From NCBI GenBank assembly GCA_021108335.1, contig JAIORC010000188.1, positions 10,240-74,239 of the forward strand: 64,000 nucleotides of DNA, read 5' to 3'. Positions 26,647-35,961 of the stretch are shown one piece after another. This DNA is from Phycisphaerae bacterium. Lineage in GTDB: Bacteria > Planctomycetota > Phycisphaerae > SM23-33. The translations under genes were made by a program, and so were the position numbers. The notes under the pieces are model-generated. The model made no database searches. It worked only from the letters and a program-made list of their open reading frames with translations, and had not been told where the DNA came from. Numbering within the stretch: position 1 is the stretch's first letter; every line of letters begins with the position of its first letter.

Positions 26647-28737
26647 ATGCAAAAAATATCCGGAATTACAAGACTCACGTTTGGGACCCCGGAAACGGTA
26701 ACGCCGGTCAAGCTGCGGCATTTTCAGCCGGCTTATGACCACCTGGGAAAGATGGCCGCGGCGGATGGCCCGCCGTTTGCGCCTGAGAAAGTAACCACGC
26801 GTAACAACAGCCGTGGTTTTCAAGTAGAACTCCCGCTCGATGACGACGAGCAGCTATTCGGTCTGGGGCTGCAGTTCCTGTCGTTTAACCAGACGGGGAA
26901 GAAAAAAACGCTGCGGGTCAACTCCGATCCGCGTGTCGACCTGGGCGATTCGCACTCTCCCGTACCGTTTTACGTTTCGACCAAAGGCTACGCGGTGCTG
27001 ATAGACACCGCCCGCTATGCGACTTTCTACCTTGGCGCTCTGACGAAGAGACGGAATCGCTCGAACGAAGGCGCCGCCGGTGATTCGGAAGTCGGGACCG
27101 CGATTGAAACGCTTTACGATTGCAAGGAGCAGGCAGCCGAGCGTTCCGTACTGGTTGACATACCGACTGCCGAAGGGGTGGACGTCTACATTTTCGAAGG
27201 CCCGACCATGAAAGAGGCCATCGCACGGTACAACCTCTTCAGCGGTGGCGGGTGCGTTCCGCCGCGTTGGGGGCTGGGCGTGTGGTATCGCTGCAAAGCC
27301 GACTACGATCAGCAGGGAATAGTGGAAATGGCTGATCGGCTCCGCGACGAAAAAATGCCCTGCGACGTGATGGGCCTGGAACCGGGCTGGCAAAGCCAAT
27401 CCTATTCCTGCTCGTTCGTCTGGAGCGACAAGTTTACCAAGCCGGCTGAAATGTTTTCCGCCCTGAGCGAGCGGGGTTTCAAAACGAATCTCTGGACCCA
27501 CGGATTCACCCACCCCGCCTCGCCGATTTACAAAAAACTCCTGCCATACAGCGGTGAGTATGAAGTGTTCTCGCAGGGGCTGGTCCCCGATTTCACCATG
27601 AAGGAAACCCGCGATATCTTTGGCGAGCATTTCGACAAGGAGCATGTTTCGTGCGGCGCAGCGGGATACAAGCTGGACGAATGCGACAATTCCGACTTCA
27701 TCGCAGCCTGGCCTTGGTCGTTCCCGGAAGCCGATAGTTTCCCCTCCGGCCTTGACGGCGAGCAGATGCATTCGCTGTTCGGCTTTAACTTCCAGGAATG
27801 TATCAATGATATTTTCCGCAAGCGCAATCAGCGAACCTGGTGCCAGACGCGTAATACCCATGCCCTGGCGGCACCTTATCCGTTCGTGCATACGAGCGAC
27901 CTTTACAAACACAGCGATTTCATACGCGGCCTGGTCAACAGCGGCTTTGGCGGGCTGCTATGGTGCCCGGAGGTGCGGCACGCTGCGTCGGCGGAAGATT
28001 TGGTCCGGCGCATCCAGTCGGTAGTCCTCTCGCCACTGGCGCTGATTAACGCGTGGTATATTCAGAATCCACCGTGGAAGCAGTGGGACAGGCATTTGAA
28101 CAATGACGACAAACTCCTGGACGACGGGGGCGAACTCGAAAATAATTGCCGGAAGATTCTCGAACTGCGCATGAAGCTTCTTCCGTACATTCACTCCGCG
28201 TTTTACGACTATCACCTGAACGGCATTCCGCCGTTCCGGGCACTGGTAATGGATTGGCCCAAAGATGAGGAAACATGGCAAATCGACGACCAGTACATGG
28301 TAGGCGACCGGATTATGGTCGCTCCGGTAACAGCGGAAAGCAGCAGCCGGGAGATTTATTTCCCCGCCGGCCAATGGTATGATTTCTGGACCGGCCAAAA
28401 GTATGACGGCGGCAACAAAGTCTCGTTCGACGTGCCGCTGGATCGGATTCCGATTTTCGTCAAGAGCGGCAGCGTTCTGCCGTTGGCAACTGTTACGCAA
28501 CACACCAACGATCCCGAAGCTTTTAAGCTTCAGGTCAGGGTTTATGGCGACGGTTCTCTGCCGATTCGGCTGTTCGAGGACGACGACGCGAGCATGGACT
28601 ACGAAAACGGCAGCTACAATACGCTGTCCCTCAGTTGGGATTCAACAAAACAGGACATTGTTTCAGAACGCCAGGGAAATACCCCGGCGAACGAATATTC
28701 CGTATCGGGTATTGAAATAGTAAAGGAGATATCATGA
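26647..28737 (+). CDS. Glycoside hydrolase family 31 (alpha-glucosidase/alpha-xylosidase-like)
   Basis: GH31-type TIM barrel (PCDVMGLEPGW..., GYKLDECD nucleophile region) and the C-terminal beta-sandwich signature EIYFPAGQWYDFWTGQKYDGGNKVSFDVPLDRIPIFVKSGSVLP. Confidence 0.75.
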   Translation: MQKISGITRLTFGTPETVTPVKLRHFQPAYDHLGKMAAADGPPFAPEKVTTRNNSRGFQVELPLDDDEQLFGLGLQFLSFNQTGKKKTLRVNSDPRVDLGDSHSPVPFYVSTKGYAVLIDTARYATFYLGALTKRRNRSNEGAAGDSEVGTAIETLYDCKEQAAERSVLVDIPTAEGVDVYIFEGPTMKEAIARYNLFSGGGCVPPRWGLGVWYRCKADYDQQGIVEMADRLRDEKMPCDVMGLEPGWQSQSYSCSFVWSDKFTKPAEMFSALSERGFKTNLWTHGFTHPASPIYKKLLPYSGEYEVFSQGLVPDFTMKETRDIFGEHFDKEHVSCGAAGYKLDECDNSDFIAAWPWSFPEADSFPSGLDGEQMHSLFGFNFQECINDIFRKRNQRTWCQTRNTHALAAPYPFVHTSDLYKHSDFIRGLVNSGFGGLLWCPEVRHAASAEDLVRRIQSVVLSPLALINAWYIQNPPWKQWDRHLNNDDKLLDDGGELENNCRKILELRMKLLPYIHSAFYDYHLNGIPPFRALVMDWPKDEETWQIDDQYMVGDRIMVAPVTAESSSREIYFPAGQWYDFWTGQKYDGGNKVSFDVPLDRIPIFVKSGSVLPLATVTQHTNDPEAFKLQVRVYGDGSLPIRLFEDDDASMDYENGSYNTLSLSWDSTKQDIVSERQGNTPANEYSVSGIEIVKEIS

Positions 28738-29858
28738 ATAAGCGAATTTTAGCGACACTGGTAATTTTGCCGTTGGCGGGTCTGGTACTCATGGCGGTTG
28801 CGATGGCTGCTCCGGCCAAGTCCTCCGGCGGGGCGAATCTTATCAAAAATGGTAATTTCGAACAGGTAACCAACGATAAGCCGAACGGCTGGAAATATCA
28901 GAAGCAGTGGGCTGCAAAGGCGAAATGGGGCGTGGACGCCTCGATCCGCAAGGGTCAGAAATGCCTTATCCTCAAATCGGATAACGCCGGGACTCATGGC
29001 GGAATCATGCAGAAATTGCAGCTTAAGCCCAAGACGAAGTACAAATTCTCGGCTTGGATAAAGGCATCGCTCCAAGCCGGTGCCAAAGTCCAGTACCCCC
29101 ATTGTGCCTGTGAGCAAATGGTAAAGGGTAAAAAGCAACGTTGGGAATCGCCGAAGACGGCTATTACCAACACCACGGATTGGCGCTATGTGGAAAAGAT
29201 TTTCCAGACTCCCGCCAAAATCGTGAAGAATAAAGGATGGTTTATGCCGTTCCTTTTCCAGGGGAAAGGCAGGGTATGGGTCACCGACGTCAAGCTGATC
29301 AGTTTCGGCCCAGCCGATCTCGGAAAGGCTACGTTTTCGAGCGATTTCAGTGATGTCAAGAAGTGGAAAGTTTCGTGCCACCAAGGCGAAAAGCCGGCAG
29401 CGCTTCCCGCTGGAGTCGCATTGACCAAGGCGACAGTGGACAAGAAAAGCTGCGCGAAACTGGATTACAATTTCACCAGCCCGAAGCACGATGCCGTAAT
29501 GTTGAGCACGAAGGCGAATGTCGCTTCCGGCGAGGTTTTGTCGATCGATATTTGCGGCGACGGGTCGGGGCACGCTTTTTTTGTCGTTCTGATGGACAAA
29601 AGCGGCGAATCGCATTACCTGCCGGTAGCAAGACTTTCATGGAAGGGCTGGCGAACCTTATATGTCTCAGTCTCAAAGTTATTTAAGACGCCCGACATCC
29701 GCAACGTTTCCGCGACGCATTGGGGCGGCGACGGTTCGCAGGTGCTCGAATTTCCGATCACCAAAATAACCGTCGGCATCAACGACAAGCCCGATTCGTT
29801 CAAGGGCAAGGGCAGTATATGGCTGGGCAAGATTCAAATTTTCGAGAAGGTAAAATAA
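28734..29858 (+). CDS. Secreted protein with two CBM4_9-like carbohydrate-binding jelly-roll domains
   Basis: Signal peptide and NLIKNGNFEQV motif. ATGA overlap with GH31, and 1-nt spacing to the next gene. Confidence 0.4.
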   Translation: MNKRILATLVILPLAGLVLMAVAMAAPAKSSGGANLIKNGNFEQVTNDKPNGWKYQKQWAAKAKWGVDASIRKGQKCLILKSDNAGTHGGIMQKLQLKPKTKYKFSAWIKASLQAGAKVQYPHCACEQMVKGKKQRWESPKTAITNTTDWRYVEKIFQTPAKIVKNKGWFMPFLFQGKGRVWVTDVKLISFGPADLGKATFSSDFSDVKKWKVSCHQGEKPAALPAGVALTKATVDKKSCAKLDYNFTSPKHDAVMLSTKANVASGEVLSIDICGDGSGHAFFVVLMDKSGESHYLPVARLSWKGWRTLYVSVSKLFKTPDIRNVSATHWGGDGSQVLEFPITKITVGINDKPDSFKGKGSIWLGKIQIFEKVK

Positions 29859-29859
29859 C

Positions 29860-32826
29860 GTGCGCAAATCATTCATAATTATTTCATGTGTTTTGACGAT
29901 ACTTGTCGGGAGTGTGGCATCGCTGCAGGCCGCCGGTATCGGAGAAACTCAAGCGAAATATCTGTGCATCAGCAAAACGGCCCATCCGCCGGTAATTGAC
30001 GGGAAGCTTGGCAAAGACGAATGGGCCGGCTGCGCCAAAATTCCCGGTTTTGTGCTGAAAAGCGGTATCTGCCCCCCGACGCAACAGACGGAAGTCTTTA
30101 TCACCTATGACGACAAGACTTTTTACTTTGCCGCGCGTTGCCTCGAATCGAGCATGGATAAAATCAGAACCAGGGTAAAGGAGCACAACGGGGCGGTTTA
30201 TAATGACGATAACATCGAGTTGTTTATTGACACGAATTATGACCGATACAGCTATCGGCAGTTCGTCCTGAATTCCATCGCCGTGCAGTGGAGTGACGAG
30301 CTATCGAAAAAGGGAACATGGCCCGCGGCTGCCCAGAGACACGCCGACCGCTGGGTCGTGGAAATGGCCATCCCCTTCGCCCAGCTTGGAATCACGCCGG
30401 AAAAGGGGTTTGTCTGCGGGCTTAACATCTGTCGTATCCGCTGGGGCAAGAAGCCGGAGTTGAGCTGCTGGTCGCCGACGTACGGTGGGTTTCATTCGCC
30501 GGGACGTTTCGGCTGCATGGTCTTTGGTTCTTTTAAGGATGTAGCGGTCCGCGAGGCCGACAAGCTCAGGGCGCAGCTTGACAAGATTACAGCGAAAGAT
30601 TCCGGCAATGCGGCAATGCTTGTAGAGATTAAAAAGCTGGAGGAATCGGTTAAACCGGATGAAAAATTCGACGTTGATCGATTCCGTTCGCTCCGCAAAT
30701 CGGCCGAGGCCATTGGTGAAAAAATAGTAGACCTTGGGTTGTCGGACTTGCGCGCGAAATTGACCGGCGCCGGCACGGTGGAAACGCAGCATCTGACTTC
30801 TGCCGCCTCACGGGGCAATTACAAGTTCCCGGAAAACTGGCGGAGCCGGAAGATTCTGGGGCAATATGATTTCCTGCACGATCTTTCGAACCACAAAATG
30901 CCCCTTTTCAAAAAGGCTGGACTCGCGGATGAACCTTTTATCAAGGACGCGCTCATGGGGGTCTATGTCCTGCACAATAAGATGTTCAAGAAGAAATTCT
31001 TCGATCCCAAATCCCCTATCCGAAAAGAGCTGAAAAAAACCGGCAGGCCGTTTTGCATAAACGCCCTGGTTGGTAATGCCCGAATCAGCGACATTCCGCC
31101 TTCCCTGTGCCGGCGATTCATCAAGGAATACGGCGACCAGTTTGTCGGTTTTATCGCGGACGAATGCTTTGGCCATGACGCCGATAAAAAATGGAGACAT
31201 CTGGGGGTAAGCAAGCCGAAAAACCGGAAAGACGCATTTATGGTTTTTGTAGCCTGTGCGCTGGATCGGCACACAAGGATTTTCCGCAACTGGGCCTTGA
31301 GCCATAACGAATTCCGCAACTGGGCGATTTGCACGATTTCAGATCCGCTTGACCATTTAGCGCTCGAAACTCATAACCTCGTGATGTCCGGCCATGAAAT
31401 CGGCGGCTATATGATGAGTACGCCTTTTGCGTTTGCTTGTTCCCGTGGAGCGGCAAGGCAATACGATAAGCCGTGGAGGACGTACTTGGCGGTGTGGGGG
31501 CCGGGCGTTGTCTGGGGATCTGTAACGGGCTATCAGTTTTTGTCGCCGCGTTGTCGCAGGGCGTTTGCCCGGCCGACGTGGGATACTGGCCCGTATTGCG
31601 GCACGTCGCTTTCACTTCAGAAGCGGCAGATTTTTGGTGCTTACATGTCGGGCACAAACATATTTCGCGACGAAAGCGATGCCGATGTAGGTTCGATCTA
31701 TGTCGCCAATTACGACCATCGGAAAATTCATGAGGTCGACGATCTGGTGATAGTGTTGCGGGACCGACCCTATGCCCTTTCACCGGCTGGTTCAATCCGC
31801 CAGGAACTCCATGATAACCTTGTAAAAAAGCATGACCGCGGCGCAACATACACGCCGGTGGCACTGATCTTCGACCGCTATCATGGGTACATGAATACGG
31901 AGAATATCAGTTATATTCTGGGCATGATTCCATACGCCGAAGCGGATTACATGATGCGGGCGGTTAACGATACGCTGTTCCCGTGGGAGCGTCGCATGGG
32001 CGAACGGAAGACGATGGTTACCGGGCCGTTCGGCGACATGTTTGATATTTTGACCAACAATGCTCCCGGCGAAGTTATTGACACGTACAAAGCGGCGATG
32101 CTTGTCGGGGATGTCGCTCTGGACGGGCAGTTCGTAAGCAAACTCATCAAGTACGTCAGAAACGGCGGAACGTTGATTATTAACGCCAAACAGATCAAAG
32201 GCAAACTGCCGGAGAAGTTCCAGGAAATGCTCGGCTGCAAGGTAACGGAAAAACGAGGCCGGGGCAAAATCGCGTTCAGTAATCTCGATAATTCGGTGAT
32301 ACCGGAGAAAAAGCCCTTCAACTTCCAGTACCTCCAGCCGACAACCGCGACGACTCTCGTTTCCCTGGTCGAGGGCGACAAGAAAACCGCTCCGCTGGTA
32401 CTGTCGAACAAATACGGCAAGGGCCGCGTGATTGTTACCGCGCCGGATTATCTTAAGGAAACCGGCAGCAAAACGCGGATGCTGAAATTGTTCAGCCATC
32501 TCATGCGGAATCTGAATTCCGAACTGCTGCCGGTGGCGGTGGAAGGAAATGTAGAGTATATTGTCAATCGCAATAAGAACGGCTGGGTGGTAACGCTCAT
32601 CAATAACGAAGGCGCGTACAAATATCCCGGCAAAAAGGAAGTCATCAAATCCAAGGAAAATGTCGACGCAAAAATTACTCTGAAGCGTAACGCCCTGGTG
32701 GAAGTCTCGAAAGTAAGCGAGTGGCTCACAGGTAAAGAGCTGAAACTCGCCAAAACCCCGCAAGGGACAAAAGTAATCCTCACCGTCCCAGCCGGTGACG
32801 TGCGGATTATCGAATTCGCGCAATGA
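29860..32826 (+). CDS. Giant secreted protein, family A paralog 1: CBM9/DOMON-like N-module - coiled coil - unassigned hydrolase-like central domain - GH42-middle-like domain - C-terminal beta-sandwich
   Basis: GTG start at stop+2 of the previous gene; signal peptide; CBM9-like hallmark PPVIDGKLGKDEW...LFIDTNYD...WVVEMAIPF; GH42M-like YKAAMLVGDVALDGQFVSKLIKYVRNGGTLIINAKQ; conserved C-terminal EGNVEYIVNRNKNGWVVTLINNEG...VPAGDVRIIEFAQ. Confidence 0.6.
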   Translation: MRKSFIIISCVLTILVGSVASLQAAGIGETQAKYLCISKTAHPPVIDGKLGKDEWAGCAKIPGFVLKSGICPPTQQTEVFITYDDKTFYFAARCLESSMDKIRTRVKEHNGAVYNDDNIELFIDTNYDRYSYRQFVLNSIAVQWSDELSKKGTWPAAAQRHADRWVVEMAIPFAQLGITPEKGFVCGLNICRIRWGKKPELSCWSPTYGGFHSPGRFGCMVFGSFKDVAVREADKLRAQLDKITAKDSGNAAMLVEIKKLEESVKPDEKFDVDRFRSLRKSAEAIGEKIVDLGLSDLRAKLTGAGTVETQHLTSAASRGNYKFPENWRSRKILGQYDFLHDLSNHKMPLFKKAGLADEPFIKDALMGVYVLHNKMFKKKFFDPKSPIRKELKKTGRPFCINALVGNARISDIPPSLCRRFIKEYGDQFVGFIADECFGHDADKKWRHLGVSKPKNRKDAFMVFVACALDRHTRIFRNWALSHNEFRNWAICTISDPLDHLALETHNLVMSGHEIGGYMMSTPFAFACSRGAARQYDKPWRTYLAVWGPGVVWGSVTGYQFLSPRCRRAFARPTWDTGPYCGTSLSLQKRQIFGAYMSGTNIFRDESDADVGSIYVANYDHRKIHEVDDLVIVLRDRPYALSPAGSIRQELHDNLVKKHDRGATYTPVALIFDRYHGYMNTENISYILGMIPYAEADYMMRAVNDTLFPWERRMGERKTMVTGPFGDMFDILTNNAPGEVIDTYKAAMLVGDVALDGQFVSKLIKYVRNGGTLIINAKQIKGKLPEKFQEMLGCKVTEKRGRGKIAFSNLDNSVIPEKKPFNFQYLQPTTATTLVSLVEGDKKTAPLVLSNKYGKGRVIVTAPDYLKETGSKTRMLKLFSHLMRNLNSELLPVAVEGNVEYIVNRNKNGWVVTLINNEGAYKYPGKKEVIKSKENVDAKITLKRNALVEVSKVSEWLTGKELKLAKTPQGTKVILTVPAGDVRIIEFAQ

Positions 32827-32873
32827 CAGTCAGTTGATCTGGATTATCCTCCACAGGGCAGGAGGAATTCCAC

Positions 32874-35816
32874 ATGCTGGGAAAGGTAAATCACGTGCGA
32901 GCGAGCTTTATCAATATATTATGTTTCCTGTTGCTCCTGGGCGGGAGCGTCGGAATGTTACAAGCCGATGAATCCCGGAAGCCGGTATTGTGCGCGAGCA
33001 GGACAGCCACTCCGCCGGTAATAGACGGCAAAATGAGCAAGGGGGAATGGCCGAAGAAAGCCGCGGCATCGGGTTTCAAATATCAGGGGATCGGCGCGGA
33101 AGCCAGGGAACCGACCGCCGTATTCGTTACGTACGATGACAAAAACCTTTATTTCTGCTTCCGGTGCTCCGAATCGAATGTTGGGCAAATTGTAGCCAGA
33201 CTCAAAAAACATGGCTCGGCTGTTTGGAGAGACGATTTCGTATCGGTGAATATTGACGCAACTCTTGGCAAGGCCGGCTTTTCGCAGTTTCTCACAAATT
33301 CAATCGGTACTCGATACGGCGCGCGCGGGAAGTGGCGGGCAGCGGCAAAGGTGCATCGCGGTTTCTGGTGCGCGGAGATCGCCATTGCCTTTTCCGCTCT
33401 CAGAATACCAGCCGAAGACGGTAGAGTTTGCGGCCTGGAGCTGTATCGCGGAAAACAAGGCGGATACCGGGAAAAAAGCTATTGGGCACCGGCACATGGA
33501 GACCCCCGCGTTCCCACACGGTATGGATACATGGTGTTGGGCTCGCTGCAATCTGCTGCCGTACGCCGTGCCGGAGTGTTGGAAACACGTTTGGCGAAAG
33601 CAGCGGGAGAAAAGGCCCGAAAGGCAATTTTATTGCGGAAGATCAAAAAGCTGAAAACCTTGCCCTGCCGGACAAAAAAAGATTTCATGGCGATGCGTAC
33701 CGTCGCCGCTGCGATTGAAAAGCAGATTGTACGGCTCGAAGAATCAGCGATTTGTAAAAAGGTTGCGCCTGTCGCAACAACGGGGAAAATTTTTCTGACT
33801 TCCGATGCAGCACGGAGCGGTTACGAGCTGCCGGAAAACTGGCGGCTGCGGAAAATTCTGGGTAGGGATTTTTGGCATGACATTTCATCCCGCAGAATGT
33901 CCCTGTTCAGGCGGGCGGGTTTTGTGGACGAACCGTTCATAAAGGATTCGCTCCTGACGATTCCCACCAGGGGCAACGCGATGTTTGAGCGGGTCTTCCT
34001 TGATCCCAAGTCCAAAACCCGAAAAATGCTGAAAGAAACCGGCAGGGCGTTTTGCATACCGTCGCCCCACGGCAGCTATGCTATTTCGCGTTCTTCGCGC
34101 CGAAAGTTTTTGGATGAGTTTGGCGGGCAGTTTGTCGGCTTCATTGCGGACGAATGCTACGGCCACAATTGCAGGGCAAGATGGAAGCAAATGAAGTTGC
34201 CTATGCCCAAAACCCGGCATGAAGCGTTTATGGGATTTGCCGCCCTGTTTCTGGAACGCCGAAGGGGAATTTTCCGTAATTGGGCGCTTTGTTACGTGGA
34301 TTTGCGGCCTTGGACGATATGCACGTTTTCCAGTCCCATGGACCACTATGTCCTTGAACTCGGGCCGATAAAAATGTCCGGCGCGGAGATTGGCGGACAC
34401 CCGAAATCTACAGCGATGATGTTTGCGTTCTCGCGAGGCGCTGCCCGTCAGTACGACAAGCCGTGGCGAATTTACCTGGCTCTCTATGGGATGGGTGTTA
34501 TTTCGGATTCGACAAATGGCTATCGCGTTCTGTCGCCGCGGTGCCGCAACGCGACCCGCAGGAAAAGGTGGGACACCGGGCCGAATAGCGGCACTTCGCT
34601 GTCGCTGCAAAAGAGGCAGATACTGGCTGCGTATATGTCCGGGATGAACCTGTTCCACGACGAAGGCGACAGCGATTGCGGCTCAGTTTATGTAGCCAAT
34701 TACGATTACCGCACAATCGACAGTGTAGACGACCTTGTGATAGTATTGCGGGACAAGCCTTACTGCCTGTCGCCGGCTGGTGTAATCCGCAAGGAATTCT
34801 ACGACAATATCGTCAAGAAGCATGACCGCGGCGCGATATACACGCCGGTGGCGTTGGTGTTCGACCGCTATCACGGATACATGCCCAAGCATTACCCCAA
34901 CCACGTTCAGGGCGCGATTCCGTACAAAGAAGCGGACTACATGATGCGGGCGGTCAACGAAGCGTTGTTCCCATGGGAAAGTCGCATGGGCGAGCGGCAG
35001 GCGATGGTTACCGGGCCTTTCGGCGACATGTTCGACGTGTTGACCAACAACACTCCGAGCGAAGTGCTGAGTACTTACGGGGCGGCGATGCTTGTCGGCA
35101 ATGTCGAGTTGGACGGATATTTCGTGCAACGGCTCGTCAAGTACGTCGAGAACGGCGGAACGCTGATTGTCAACGCCAGGCAGATCAAAGGCAAGCTGTC
35201 GAAAAAATTCCAGAAAATTCTCGGCTGCAAGGTAACGAAAAAGCGAGGCCGCGGCAAAATAGCATTCAGCAATCTCGACAATTCAGTGATACTGGAAAAA
35301 AAGCCCTTCAACTTCCAATACCTCCAGCCGACAACCGCGACGACCCTCGTTTCCCTGATCGAGGGCGACAAGAAAACCGCTCCGCTGGTGTTGTCAAACA
35401 AATACGGCAAAGGCCGCGTGATAGTTACCTCGCCGGATTATCTTAAGGAGCCCGGCAGCAAGACGCAGATGCTGAGATTATTCAGCCATCTCATGCGGCG
35501 GCTCAATTCCGAATTGTTGCCGGTGGCGGTGGAAGGGAACGTCGAGTATATCGTCAACCGCAACAAGAACGGCTGGGTGGTAACGCTTATCAATAACGAC
35601 GGCGTGTACAAATATCCCGGACAAAAGCCAATCGTCAAATCCGAGAAAAACGTCGCCGCGAAGGTTACGCTGAAACGTAACGCCGCGGCAAAAGTCTCGA
35701 AAGTCAGTGAGTGGCTCACCGGCAAAGAATTAAAATTCGCCGAAACCCCGCAAGGCACGAAAGTAACCCTCACCGTCCCAGCCGGCAAGGTGCGGATTAT
35801 CGAATTCGAGTTATAA
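32874..35816 (+). CDS. Family A paralog 2 (CBM9-like - central domain - GH42M-like - beta-sandwich)
   Basis: Homologous to 29860-32826 throughout; RBS aggagg. Confidence 0.6.
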   Translation: MLGKVNHVRASFINILCFLLLLGGSVGMLQADESRKPVLCASRTATPPVIDGKMSKGEWPKKAAASGFKYQGIGAEAREPTAVFVTYDDKNLYFCFRCSESNVGQIVARLKKHGSAVWRDDFVSVNIDATLGKAGFSQFLTNSIGTRYGARGKWRAAAKVHRGFWCAEIAIAFSALRIPAEDGRVCGLELYRGKQGGYREKSYWAPAHGDPRVPTRYGYMVLGSLQSAAVRRAGVLETRLAKAAGEKARKAILLRKIKKLKTLPCRTKKDFMAMRTVAAAIEKQIVRLEESAICKKVAPVATTGKIFLTSDAARSGYELPENWRLRKILGRDFWHDISSRRMSLFRRAGFVDEPFIKDSLLTIPTRGNAMFERVFLDPKSKTRKMLKETGRAFCIPSPHGSYAISRSSRRKFLDEFGGQFVGFIADECYGHNCRARWKQMKLPMPKTRHEAFMGFAALFLERRRGIFRNWALCYVDLRPWTICTFSSPMDHYVLELGPIKMSGAEIGGHPKSTAMMFAFSRGAARQYDKPWRIYLALYGMGVISDSTNGYRVLSPRCRNATRRKRWDTGPNSGTSLSLQKRQILAAYMSGMNLFHDEGDSDCGSVYVANYDYRTIDSVDDLVIVLRDKPYCLSPAGVIRKEFYDNIVKKHDRGAIYTPVALVFDRYHGYMPKHYPNHVQGAIPYKEADYMMRAVNEALFPWESRMGERQAMVTGPFGDMFDVLTNNTPSEVLSTYGAAMLVGNVELDGYFVQRLVKYVENGGTLIVNARQIKGKLSKKFQKILGCKVTKKRGRGKIAFSNLDNSVILEKKPFNFQYLQPTTATTLVSLIEGDKKTAPLVLSNKYGKGRVIVTSPDYLKEPGSKTQMLRLFSHLMRRLNSELLPVAVEGNVEYIVNRNKNGWVVTLINNDGVYKYPGQKPIVKSEKNVAAKVTLKRNAAAKVSKVSEWLTGKELKFAETPQGTKVTLTVPAGKVRIIEFEL

Positions 35817-35961
35817 CAGGTAGTTGATCCAAATATTTTTGGGACAGGTATTTGCATTGTCGGCCAGGTTTGGATTGGCATTTATGTGGATTGAGTAACC
35901 GCTGATGCCCGGCTGTGGTAGAACTATGGTTGAATTGAATTAAGAGAAAGTGGAGTCGAGC

